IMG/VR virus record: IMGVR_UViG_3300042882_000260
Coordinates: 1-55,129 of that record
Source: a virus
Lineage: Duplodnaviria > Caudoviricetes
DNA length: 55,129 nucleotides
Reading direction: 5' to 3' (one strand)
Position numbers and translations under genes: made by a program. Below are positions 1 through 8,992 of this stretch, in pieces (within the stretch, counting starts at the first letter, position 1; the number at the start of each line of letters is the position of its first letter). The notes beneath the pieces were generated by a model. That model ran no database searches and was not told the origin of the DNA. It was given only the letters and a program-made list of their open reading frames with translations.

Positions 1-185
1 AGAACTACGCAGGTATTGGTTACACATACGACAGAGTGCGTGATGCGTTTATACCACCTAAACCTTTCCCTAGCTGGACATTAGTAGAGGACACTTGTCA
101 ATGGCAAGCTCCAGTAGCTATGCCTACCGATGACAAAATATACGTGTGGGATGAGGCAACAACAAACTGGGTAGAAGCTGCATAA
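1..185. repeat. Left copy of terminal direct repeat (circular overlap)
   Basis: Identical to 54945..55129 except position 58 (C) vs 55002 (A). Confidence 0.95.
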
Positions 186-1255
186 TGGCAAACCTGCTGA
201 TTAAGGGAGCTACGTCAGGCACGACAACGATGGCCGCTGTGGATAACATCACGGCGACTATAACTCTGCCTGCTACTACAGGTGTTTTCCCAATACAAGA
301 TTCAGCAACAGGTGCCTTGTACCTACCAGCAGGAACTACTGCTCAACGCCCTACCGCAGCAACTGGCCAATGGCGTTACAACACAGACTTAGGTGTACTT
401 GAGTATTACAACGGCGCTGCTTGGTATAGTACAACGGCAACACCAAATGAAGCACCTTCTACAGTTGAGTATTTAGTCGTAGCGGGGGGTGCTGGAGGAG
501 GTTATCGCGGCGGCGGTGGCGGTGCTGGTGGATATAGGACAGCTACTGGGTTTGCCGTTACTGCTGGTTCTGCAATAACAGTTACAGTTGGTAGTGGTGG
601 TGCTGGAAGTTCATCTGATGCAGCCACTGGTTCGGCTGGCGGTAACTCTGTATTCTCATCTATTACCTCAACTGGCGGCGGCGGTGGCGGTTCTGGAAAT
701 TCAAGACCAGGTGCTAATGGTGGTTCAGGCGGCGGGGCAAGAGCATTTAGTAATAATACCTACTCAGGTGGTACAGGAGTATCTGGACAAGGAAATAATG
801 GTGGTTCTGCTTCATCAAATGGTACAACTTATGACAGTACTGGTGGAGGAGCTGGTGCAAGTGCAGTAGGTGGTGATGGTACATCTTCAGGTAACGGGTC
901 AGGTGGAGCAGGTTCTGCATCATCCATATCTGGTTCATCTGCTTACTACGCGGGGGGCGGTGGTGGTGGCAATGGCTCTGGAACTCCATCAGCAGGTACA
1001 GGTGGTTCAGGTGGCGGCGGTAATGGGGCAACTGGGTCATCTACAGGAACTGCAGGTGTGGCTAATACAGGTGGTGGCGGTGGCGGTGGCGGCGTATCTA
1101 ATGGCTTAGGCGGAGCAGGTGGGTCAGGCATCGTTATTGTTCGCTATTCAGATTCATTTAAAGCAGCCACAGCAACCACAGGTTCACCCACAATCACAGT
1201 AGCTGGCGGTTACAGAGTTTACAAATGGACTGGCTCAGGAACAATTACTTTTTAA
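185..1255 (+). CDS. Glycine-rich virion adhesin/fibre protein, paralog of 53682..54752
   Basis: N-terminal LPAGTTAQRP...RYNT...EYY...W module; VEYLVVAGG...GGSGIVIVRY Gly-rich domain typical of phage tail proteins. Confidence 0.8.
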   Translation: MANLLIKGATSGTTTMAAVDNITATITLPATTGVFPIQDSATGALYLPAGTTAQRPTAATGQWRYNTDLGVLEYYNGAAWYSTTATPNEAPSTVEYLVVAGGAGGGYRGGGGGAGGYRTATGFAVTAGSAITVTVGSGGAGSSSDAATGSAGGNSVFSSITSTGGGGGGSGNSRPGANGGSGGGARAFSNNTYSGGTGVSGQGNNGGSASSNGTTYDSTGGGAGASAVGGDGTSSGNGSGGAGSASSISGSSAYYAGGGGGGNGSGTPSAGTGGSGGGGNGATGSSTGTAGVANTGGGGGGGGVSNGLGGAGGSGIVIVRYSDSFKAATATTGSPTITVAGGYRVYKWTGSGTITF

Positions 1256-1264
1256 GGCTACATA

Positions 1265-2341
1265 ATGGCTATAACACTAGATCCCACCACAGGCATTGTA
1301 ACGACACCAACAGTCACGGCTGATGGTACAACGGCTGTCGTCATGCCAGCAGGCACCACGGCTCAACGCCCAGCATCGCCAACGGCAGGGATGGTTAGGC
1401 TCAACACGACACTAGGCTACCCTGAGTGGTATAGTGCGACTTATAGCAATTGGTTAGCGTTCGGAACAACAGCGTTATATACACAAAAAGCGATATTTGG
1501 GTATGGATATACAACGGTTAACGTTTCGATGACTAACCTAGTTTCTAACACTGGTGTGGTGGCAACAGATACAACGGGAGTTGGAACAGCGCGGGGGTAT
1601 TTAGCAGCTACAGGATACGGAATAGATAAAGCAATCTTTGGGTATGGTATTACCTCAGTCGTTGTTTCAATGTCTAACTTAGTATCAAACACAGGGGTAG
1701 TCGCTACTGATACAACCGGTGTAGGTAGTGCACGAGGATATTTGGCTGCTGCTAGTTATGGTATAGATAAAGCTATATTTGGTTATGGCTATATTGCCTC
1801 ATCAACAGCAATAACAAATCTAGTGTCAAACACAGGGGTAATAGCAACAAATACTGCTGGTGTAGGACAAATACGATTTGGTTTGGCTGCGGCGGGATAT
1901 GGTCTAGATAAAGCAATCTTTGGCTACGGCATTAATGCTTCTCCACTTTCATTAACTAATTTAGTGTCAAACGCCGGCGTAGTTGCTACGGATACAACAG
2001 GCGTTGGAACAGCGAGAGCATATTTAGCTGCTGCAGGATACGGCGGTGATAAAGCAATATTTGGCTATGGTTCAAATAACGCGGGGACATATTATTCATT
2101 GACAAACTTAGTATCTAATACAGGAGTAGTTGCTACTGACACTACGGGTGTAGGTACAGCGAGACATTATTTGGCAGCAGCAGGGTATGGTAGCGATAAA
2201 GCTATATTCGGTTATGGGGCTACAGGGTCTAACCTATCTATGACTAACCTAGTCTCCAGCACTGGTGTTGTTGCTACTGACACAACAGGCGTAGGCACTG
2301 CTAGATATAGTTTAGCCGCAGCAAGTTATTCACTCTCTTAA
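1265..2341 (+). CDS. Six-repeat beta-propeller-like adhesin 1
   Basis: Same N-terminal module; six ~47-aa repeats KAIFGYG...TNLVSNTGVVATDTTGVGTAR..LAA. Confidence 0.75.
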   Translation: MAITLDPTTGIVTTPTVTADGTTAVVMPAGTTAQRPASPTAGMVRLNTTLGYPEWYSATYSNWLAFGTTALYTQKAIFGYGYTTVNVSMTNLVSNTGVVATDTTGVGTARGYLAATGYGIDKAIFGYGITSVVVSMSNLVSNTGVVATDTTGVGSARGYLAAASYGIDKAIFGYGYIASSTAITNLVSNTGVIATNTAGVGQIRFGLAAAGYGLDKAIFGYGINASPLSLTNLVSNAGVVATDTTGVGTARAYLAAAGYGGDKAIFGYGSNNAGTYYSLTNLVSNTGVVATDTTGVGTARHYLAAAGYGSDKAIFGYGATGSNLSMTNLVSSTGVVATDTTGVGTARYSLAAASYSLS

Positions 2342-2350
2342 GGACAAGAC

Positions 2351-3436
2351 ATGGCAATTACATTAAACGGCACAACTGGGGTCACAACGCTAACAGTAAC
2401 TTGTACTGGTACAGACGCGATGACGCTTCCAGTAGGGACCACGGCCCAAGAGCCATCAGGCACAACGGGCATGATTCGTTACAACTCCACCCTAGGCTAC
2501 CCTGAGTGGTATAGCACGACATACAGTTCGTGGTTAGCATTTGGTGTGACAGCAGCGTATACACAAAAAGCTATTTTTGGATTTGGTTCAGGAGTGTCAT
2601 ACACGGCAGTAACTAATCTTGTTTCAAGTTCTGGAGTGGTGGCAACTGATACCACAGGTGTTGGTACCGTAAGGGCAGGATTAGCAGCTGCTGGATATGG
2701 ATTAGATAAAGCAATCTTTGGTTATGGAGATGCCAGCGCTGGATGGACAGCAATTACCAACCTAGTTTCAAATACAGGCGTAGTGGCAACAGACACAGCT
2801 GGAGTGGGCACAGTCAGGAATAACCTTGCCGCGGCTACATACGGTCTTGATAAGGCAATTTTTGGGTTTGGAGGAGATACTTCCCCTGCCTTTTATGCAA
2901 TGACCAACTTAGTGTCTAATACAGGTGTTGTTGCTACCGACACTGCAGGTGTTGGTTCCACAAGAGGTATCTTGGCTGCTGCGGGTTACGGTGGAGACAA
3001 GGCCTTATTTGGATATGGTTGGTTAACAGGTGGCGCACTGACTGCCGTAACAAATAAAGTATCTAACACTGGCGTTGTAGCCACCGATACGGCAGGCGTA
3101 GGTACAGCAAGGCGTAATATAACCGCAACAGGATATGGATATGATAAAGCTATCTTTGGATATGGTTACGCTGGTGGCTACGTTTCAATGACAAACCTAG
3201 TATCTAATACTGGCGTAGTGGCTACGGACACAACAGGTGTTGGTGTTGTTGCTCTTAGTAGAGCCGCTGCAAGTTATGGAGGAGATAAAGCTATATTTGG
3301 CTATGGTGCAACTTCATCCGTAAATACGGCTATAACTAATCTAGTTTCAAACACAGGCGTAGTGGCAACAGATACTACGGGTGTAGGCACAGCAAGAGCA
3401 AATTTAGCCGCAGCTAGCTATTCACTTTCAGCATAA
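2351..3436 (+). CDS. Six-repeat beta-propeller-like adhesin 2
   Basis: Tandem paralog of 1265..2341; SD AAGGA upstream. Confidence 0.75.
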   Translation: MAITLNGTTGVTTLTVTCTGTDAMTLPVGTTAQEPSGTTGMIRYNSTLGYPEWYSTTYSSWLAFGVTAAYTQKAIFGFGSGVSYTAVTNLVSSSGVVATDTTGVGTVRAGLAAAGYGLDKAIFGYGDASAGWTAITNLVSNTGVVATDTAGVGTVRNNLAAATYGLDKAIFGFGGDTSPAFYAMTNLVSNTGVVATDTAGVGSTRGILAAAGYGGDKALFGYGWLTGGALTAVTNKVSNTGVVATDTAGVGTARRNITATGYGYDKAIFGYGYAGGYVSMTNLVSNTGVVATDTTGVGVVALSRAAASYGGDKAIFGYGATSSVNTAITNLVSNTGVVATDTTGVGTARANLAAASYSLSA

Positions 3437-3445
3437 GGTAAAACA

Positions 3446-4036
3446 ATGGCATCAAATTTAAACTCAGAGTTCAACTACCGCTACCAAGTAATTGGCAGCA
3501 CCCCCTGGGAAAAGCTTAAGACGCTCAAGGGTTTCTTGGTTGGACGTAAACGCGCAGCCGTGCTTGAAGAGTGCGCCGCATTAAAGTACCAAGCCAAGCT
3601 AGAGGAACTAAAACACCTTAAAGAAGTGCCTGCCTTGCCGCACATCATCCTTAACCTACAGGCTGAGATACTAGAGCTAGAGTCACACCTAGACGATCAA
3701 AAGCATGCGTTTGAATTAAACCGCACAGAGATAGGCATACTAGAGAAGTTGATTGCTGAGATATACGAAGAGGTTGAGCCTACTCGCATACCAGGCTACA
3801 CCGACGATCAGATGTTTGAGGCCAATGCCAATCACGAGTTTACCGTAACCATCGGCCGTGAACTGCAAGCTGAAATCATTGCTAACGGTCGTCCTAGTCC
3901 AGCTAAGCTACTTAACGCAATGAGCAACCCTCACACGCTAGAGGCGCTTAAACAAATCGGCATGGTGCCAAAAGAGACTGTGCTACTAGGCGAGAAAGAA
4001 GTGACGCTACAACTTACCAATCAAGGAGAAGAGTAA
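3446..4036 (+). CDS. Hypothetical helical/coiled-coil protein
   Basis: 196-aa ORF, SD TAAGG, Leu/Glu-rich heptads. Confidence 0.7.
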   Translation: MASNLNSEFNYRYQVIGSTPWEKLKTLKGFLVGRKRAAVLEECAALKYQAKLEELKHLKEVPALPHIILNLQAEILELESHLDDQKHAFELNRTEIGILEKLIAEIYEEVEPTRIPGYTDDQMFEANANHEFTVTIGRELQAEIIANGRPSPAKLLNAMSNPHTLEALKQIGMVPKETVLLGEKEVTLQLTNQGEE

Positions 4037-4317
4037 TGGAAAAATTCATAGCTAAAGTAAACGAGATACTAAGCAAGTTTTGTATTGTGTGCAAAGTGCC
4101 TTGCGACAAGCAAATGCACTTTATATGTGGCTTTATCATAGCTGCTGTGTTGACACCGTTCATTGGTGCGTACTCTATCTTAGTAGTGGCTATCATCGCT
4201 GCATTAAAAGAGATCTACGACTTCCTACACCCTGAGTCACATACTGCTGACTTTTTGGATTGGGTCGCCACAACCTTAGGTGGCGTGGTAGGTTTTGTTG
4301 TAGTCGCATTATTTTAA
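4036..4317 (+). CDS. Small membrane protein (VanZ-like)
   Basis: DKQMHF...KEIYD...DFLDWVAT pattern with three hydrophobic segments. Confidence 0.6.
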   Translation: MEKFIAKVNEILSKFCIVCKVPCDKQMHFICGFIIAAVLTPFIGAYSILVVAIIAALKEIYDFLHPESHTADFLDWVATTLGGVVGFVVVALF

Positions 4318-4323
4318 GAGGCA

Positions 4324-4902
4324 ATGATGAGTGAGATCGATGAAACCGCAGCTAGGCTAAACTCTCACGAGGCTTTATGCGCATTCAGGTACGAAACAAT
4401 AAATGCTAGGCTTAAACGTCTTGAGCATATATTGATTGGCGTTGCTGGTTTCATAATTATTTTCTTGCTTTCACAAACGGTGGCGCATGCAGATGAAACA
4501 ACAATCAACTACAAAGGCCAACCTGTCCCCTCTGCCATGGCTCCTTCGATGTCAGCTTTCAGTCAAGATGTTTGCAGCATTGGCATTAGTGGTGCTGTCA
4601 ACGGTGGGATATTTTCTGTAGCAGGGGGCACCATGGTGACTGATAATAACTGTGTTCGTTTGCGCTGGGCTAAATTCCTAAGCGACAGCGGTTTGAAGGT
4701 TGCAGCAGTGTCCCTTGCTTGTGCAGCTAACCATGAGAACTGGATAGCTATGGAAATGAGCGGTTCGCCCTGCCCTATCGGGGGTGCTATTGGTGATGCA
4801 GCAAGAAAGGCATGGTATGATTTACACCCCGATTGGTTTGAGGAGATTTATGGCAAAAACTTTGTCCTTATCACTCCTCTGCCTGATTCTTCTAAGGAGT
4901 AA
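4324..4902 (+). CDS. Membrane-anchored Cys-containing protein with XhlA-like coiled-coil/TM N-terminus
   Basis: RLNSHEALCAFRYETINARLKRLE followed by a TM segment and AHA signal-like site; four Cys in the distal domain. Confidence 0.6.
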   Translation: MMSEIDETAARLNSHEALCAFRYETINARLKRLEHILIGVAGFIIIFLLSQTVAHADETTINYKGQPVPSAMAPSMSAFSQDVCSIGISGAVNGGIFSVAGGTMVTDNNCVRLRWAKFLSDSGLKVAAVSLACAANHENWIAMEMSGSPCPIGGAIGDAARKAWYDLHPDWFEEIYGKNFVLITPLPDSSKE

Positions 4903-5893
4903 TTATGTTCAAGCATATTGTTACGCAAATCAGTGGGCTGATTATGGTCCTGTATACTCGAGCCTTGGCGTTGCTCAAGGCACTACTATTCAAGCCTGCC
5001 AACAGCTTGCTTGCCAAATTTATCCTGGCATTCCGGAGTGTAGCCAACCTCCGCCACCGCCACCGCAGCCAACTTGCACTTATAGTGCCGTTACCGAAGA
5101 AAGGCAAACCTGTGGGAATAACCAAATCGGCTCGGTCACGTTTAAAAGAGAACAAAACTGTCCCGACCCCTACGGCTCCCCAGTCGACTCAGGATGGTTT
5201 GAAATCGCAAGGTCGTGCCAAGCGGCACCGCCGACCTGCCGCACAAGTGTCGAAGAAAGGCAAGTAGCATGTCAAGATGGGTTCGTGGGATCTATAACTC
5301 AGCAGCAAATTTTGTCTTGTCCAGATCCTTACGGGCAGCCAGTGGCAGGACCATGGGTAGAAACTCAAAACACTTGCCAGAAGAGCCAAACAAATCCGAC
5401 CAACATGACAAGTCCTGTGAATCCAGCAAGTCCAATAGCACCACCTCCACCTCCTGCTCCAGAGCCACCTGCTCCTGCGCCAGAGCCTCCTACAGAAGTT
5501 GCAGCAGAGCCACCTCCTGCTCCAGCAGCGACGAGCGGAACTACACAATCAACTCCGCCAACCCAAACGATGAATGTTCCTGCTCAGCCTGCAGGAGCTA
5601 CGCCGACTACCTCGCAACCACAGACGCCAAAGGGAAAGGAATTGGTTCCAGGGTTCGGGATAGTGTTGAGCCTAGAGATTTTAAACAAGCCTATGCAGAT
5701 TCAAGAGATTCAATTGAACGATGCACTGGCATACCAGCAGGAGTTACCGTATGAGCTTAAAGGAAACCAAGGAATCTTACTCGAACTACTCAGCGAAAAC
5801 TCTATTAGTCGTGATTTTTGGAGTATTAGCACCGCTAGGTGGGACAGTTTACGTAGGAATAACGACTTACAACCGTGTTATAGCTGCGACTGA
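4850..5893 (+). CDS. Exported Cys-rich/Pro-rich protein
   Basis: SD AGGAG 4841-4845; signal-peptide-like N-terminus; two CPDPYG..W...C repeats; Pro/Thr linker. Confidence 0.7.
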   Translation: MAKTLSLSLLCLILLRSNYVQAYCYANQWADYGPVYSSLGVAQGTTIQACQQLACQIYPGIPECSQPPPPPPQPTCTYSAVTEERQTCGNNQIGSVTFKREQNCPDPYGSPVDSGWFEIARSCQAAPPTCRTSVEERQVACQDGFVGSITQQQILSCPDPYGQPVAGPWVETQNTCQKSQTNPTNMTSPVNPASPIAPPPPPAPEPPAPAPEPPTEVAAEPPPAPAATSGTTQSTPPTQTMNVPAQPAGATPTTSQPQTPKGKELVPGFGIVLSLEILNKPMQIQEIQLNDALAYQQELPYELKGNQGILLELLSENSISRDFWSISTARWDSLRRNNDLQPCYSCD

Positions 5894-6221
5894 AGCGATT
5901 GAGGCAGCCAAGCCTTATGACGATGCAGAGTTACGAGCAGAAGTTAACGCACTTAAAGTGCAGTTATCTGCACAGCAAGCTTCAGTAAACGTAGTAAAAG
6001 ACTCTATGGTTACTACATCTAACCAGCTTGTATCGATGCAGGAGAAGGTATCCAACGCTATCGGAACGGCTAATGAGGCTAAGGCTATCACTAACGGTAA
6101 CGTGCGTGAAACAGCGGCGTCTTTACTAGGTGTGCGTGAAGAAATGAAAGCTACCAGAGAAGGCATTGAATCACAACTTAAAGCCCTTAAACGGGCAACA
6201 TCAAATCCATTGGGGAATTAA
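5751..6221 (+). CDS. Single-TM coiled-coil protein (i-spanin-like topology)
   Basis: SD AGGAG 5739-5743; N-terminal TM, long coiled coil, ends NPLGN. Confidence 0.6.
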   Translation: MSLKETKESYSNYSAKTLLVVIFGVLAPLGGTVYVGITTYNRVIAATEAIEAAKPYDDAELRAEVNALKVQLSAQQASVNVVKDSMVTTSNQLVSMQEKVSNAIGTANEAKAITNGNVRETAASLLGVREEMKATREGIESQLKALKRATSNPLGN

Positions 6222-6223
6222 TT

Positions 6224-6721
6224 ATGTTATCTATCATATCAGGTCTATTAGGCATAGGCTCATCAGCACTACCAAGCATCTTGGGTTTCTTTCAACAGAA
6301 GGGCGACCAAAAGCACGAGATGGCTATGGCCCGTTTGCAGACAGAGCGTGAGGCCGCTATGGCTGCCGCTGGCTTTGCGTCACAAGAAAAGATTGAAGCC
6401 ATCAAGCTAGAAGAAATTGAAGTGCAGACTTACGCACAAGAGCGCGAGGCTTTGTATGCTCACGACATGAAGATGATGGACAAGGCATCACAAGGCACAG
6501 TAGATTTAAATGCTAAGGTGCGTCCTATAATAGCCTTTACGTTTGTGGGCTTGCTTGTAATAGTAGATCTTGTTGGTCTAGGTTGGGCAATATATACTGG
6601 CGTAGAGTTTGGCACTGCTATGAGCTTAGTATTTTCTGATGATGAAATGGCAATTGTAAGTAGCATAATCGGCTTCTACTTTGGCTCACGTCAGTGGGAA
6701 AAGCACCGTGAAGGCAAGTAA
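6224..6721 (+). CDS. Holin (3-TM type)
   Basis: KVRPIIAF...TM...IIGFYFGSR motif directly upstream of endolysin. Confidence 0.75.
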   Translation: MLSIISGLLGIGSSALPSILGFFQQKGDQKHEMAMARLQTEREAAMAAAGFASQEKIEAIKLEEIEVQTYAQEREALYAHDMKMMDKASQGTVDLNAKVRPIIAFTFVGLLVIVDLVGLGWAIYTGVEFGTAMSLVFSDDEMAIVSSIIGFYFGSRQWEKHREGK

Positions 6722-7202
6722 AGAACTAATTAAGATGTTGAAACACCATGAGGGCGTTAGGTACAAGCCGTACCAATGCCCTGCTAGGCTGTGGACAATA
6801 GGCGTTGGGAGTGTGCTGTATCCAGAACAAGCTAAGATACCGTCAAGCATAGAGGGTATGGATAGGCGTAAGGCATGGCCACTAAAACCTGAAGATAACC
6901 GTAGATGGAGCGAGGAAGAAGTTGACAAATTATTGGCTAAGGATGTCACCAGATTTGAACGAGGGCTTGCCCGTTATTTACCTATACGACTTTCACAGAA
7001 TGAATACGATGCTATTCTTAGCTTCTGCTTTAATCTTGGTCTTGGTACATTTCAGCGGTCAACCCTCCGTCAAGCGCTTCTACGCGGCGATAAAGCGAGT
7101 GCTATTCAAAGCTTGCTCAAGTATAATAAAGCCGGTGGGAAAGTCTTAAAAGGATTAGATAACCGCCGTAAAGACGAAGCAGCACTGTTCCGTAAAGAGT
7201 AA
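6708..7202 (+). CDS. Endolysin, GH24 lysozyme
   Basis: HEG..YKPYQCPA..WTIGVG, DAILSFCFNLG, GLDNRRKDE motifs; probable GTG start. Confidence 0.92.
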   Translation: MKASKELIKMLKHHEGVRYKPYQCPARLWTIGVGSVLYPEQAKIPSSIEGMDRRKAWPLKPEDNRRWSEEEVDKLLAKDVTRFERGLARYLPIRLSQNEYDAILSFCFNLGLGTFQRSTLRQALLRGDKASAIQSLLKYNKAGGKVLKGLDNRRKDEAALFRKE

Positions 7203-7238
7203 ATAGATGTTTCCATTTGCTTGAATTTAGGGCATAAT
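7201..7238 (+). promoter_or_regulatory. Putative late promoter, copy 1
   Basis: AAATAG-N26-CATAAT with identical spacing at 44782 and 48537. Confidence 0.65.
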
Positions 7239-7289
7239 TATTAAAAAATCGACTGCTGTATAAGTGGTCATGTAACTAAGGAATTTTAC

Positions 7290-7934
7290 ATGGCTTATGC
7301 AATGACTTTTGCCAGCCTCCAGGTAGACCTTCGCAGGTACTTGGAACGTGGCTTCACACTAGCAGACGATCCGTACGTTTACGAGCAATTGCCTCGTCTT
7401 ATCAATATGGCTGAGCGCCGTATTGCCCGTGATTTAAAAATCCAAGGTTTCATCGTTGCAGTAACAACACCGCTATCAGTGGGTGTCAGCACGTACGCAA
7501 AGCCTAACCGCTGGCGTGAGACCATCAGCATGACAACCAAAGATGGCAACACAGTCACGCCTGTCTATACTCGATCTTATGAGTACTGCCGCAGTTACTG
7601 GCCAGACGACACTCAGACAGGCCAACCTCAATTCTACGCAGACTACGACTACACCCACTGGCTGTTGGTACCAACACCAAACGACACGTACGACCTTGAG
7701 GTCTTGTACTACGAGTTGCCGGTGTTGCTAGACGACAGCACTCAAACCAATTGGCTGACAGACTACGCCCCTAACTTACTACTCTACGGTGCCCTGCTAG
7801 AGGCAACACCGTTCCTTAAGAATGACGATCGAATTGCCACATGGCAAAACTATTATCAATCCGCAGCCAACGCACTGAACACTGAAGACCTCAAGAAAAT
7901 ACTTGATCGTGACTCTGTTAGGACTGAAGCCTAA
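7290..7934 (+). CDS. Head-tail adaptor / tail tubular protein
   Basis: INMAERRI...GQPQFYA...LVPTP...NWLTDYAPNLLLYGALLEATPFLKND pattern of podovirus adaptors. Confidence 0.7.
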   Translation: MAYAMTFASLQVDLRRYLERGFTLADDPYVYEQLPRLINMAERRIARDLKIQGFIVAVTTPLSVGVSTYAKPNRWRETISMTTKDGNTVTPVYTRSYEYCRSYWPDDTQTGQPQFYADYDYTHWLLVPTPNDTYDLEVLYYELPVLLDDSTQTNWLTDYAPNLLLYGALLEATPFLKNDDRIATWQNYYQSAANALNTEDLKKILDRDSVRTEA

Positions 7935-8992
7935 TGTCATACACCAACGTCTTCACAGGCTCAACCATCTACCCAACCGAGGTAGCACTCACCAAGTTGG
8001 ACATGACAGCCAACGTGGTGCTGTACTGGCCAGTTGAGGCGCCACTTGGTGTGCCGTTGGCGTCAGAGATCGTTGAGATAACAAGCACCACATCGGCCAA
8101 CTGGTCAATTGCAGTGCCAGACGCCATGTTGGTGTCCGTTGGTCAAACCATCCTATTCAATAACCGCACAGCAGAAGCTATCAGCGTTGTTGACTTTGAC
8201 GACACTAGCATTGTTTCCGTTCCAGCTGGCACGCAGTGGCAGATATACCTAGCAACTAACACAACCCAAGCTGGTGTTTGGCGTCAGTACCAGTTCGGTG
8301 CAGCGACATCCACAGCAAACGCGGCAGCTTTGGCAGGACATGGTTTACGCGCAACTGGCTCAGAGCTAGAGACAGCCGTTATTGTTGAGTACGTTACAGC
8401 AAACAGAACACTGACTGAGAACGATCACGCTGGGTTCTTTAACTGGGAAACAGCAGGCACTGGCACGATAACGTTGCCAGACACAACAACACTAAGCGCC
8501 GCGTGGTACGTTTATATACGCAACACTGGCAACGGTACGCTAACTGTAGACACAGACGGTGCCGCAGAGATCAATCACGCCGCGACGTTAGTTTTCTCAC
8601 CTGGCGACTCTGCCATGGTCGCCAACGACGGATCAAACTATTACACAGTCGGCTTTGGTCAAAACGCCATATTTGCATTTGACTACACGGAAATTAACGT
8701 CGGTGGCAGCACAGACTATACGTTGACAGGTAACGAACTAAACCGCATCGCCTATCAATTTACTGGCGTGCTAACAGCAAACATAACCGTGATCGTCCCT
8801 GCTACTGTTCAGCAGTACTGGGTGTTCAATAATACCACTGGCGGTTTTGATTTAAGCGTAGGCACGTCAGCGCAAGTTACACCGCTTATTGTTACACAAA
8901 CACTGCGTACGATTGCTTACTGCGACGGAGCAGACGTAGTGCCAGCAGTGACTTCATTCATAACTGGTACGATTAGCGGAGGCTCATTCTAA
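7934..8992 (+). CDS. Tail structural protein
   Basis: Beta-rich, Thr-rich, three similar subdomains; tail operon context. Confidence 0.6.
   Translation: MSYTNVFTGSTIYPTEVALTKLDMTANVVLYWPVEAPLGVPLASEIVEITSTTSANWSIAVPDAMLVSVGQTILFNNRTAEAISVVDFDDTSIVSVPAGTQWQIYLATNTTQAGVWRQYQFGAATSTANAAALAGHGLRATGSELETAVIVEYVTANRTLTENDHAGFFNWETAGTGTITLPDTTTLSAAWYVYIRNTGNGTLTVDTDGAAEINHAATLVFSPGDSAMVANDGSNYYTVGFGQNAIFAFDYTEINVGGSTDYTLTGNELNRIAYQFTGVLTANITVIVPATVQQYWVFNNTTGGFDLSVGTSAQVTPLIVTQTLRTIAYCDGADVVPAVTSFITGTISGGSF

Noticed and set aside
185-1255. GG dipeptides in Gly-rich adhesins as members of the GG tag family
   Set aside because: Part of long polyglycine runs without the aromatic/Met-Ala/Lys-x context
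1265-3436. Diversity-generating retroelement or CRISPR array behind the repeats
   Set aside because: Repeats are in-frame coding units differing at synonymous sites, not adenine-specific; no reverse transcriptase, cas operon or repeat-spacer structure
4905-5754. Alternate-frame ORFs 4905..5267 and 5215..5754 as embedded o-spanin
   Set aside because: No convincing lipobox after a hydrophobic signal; 4905 has an AAGGAG upstream so it is not fully excluded
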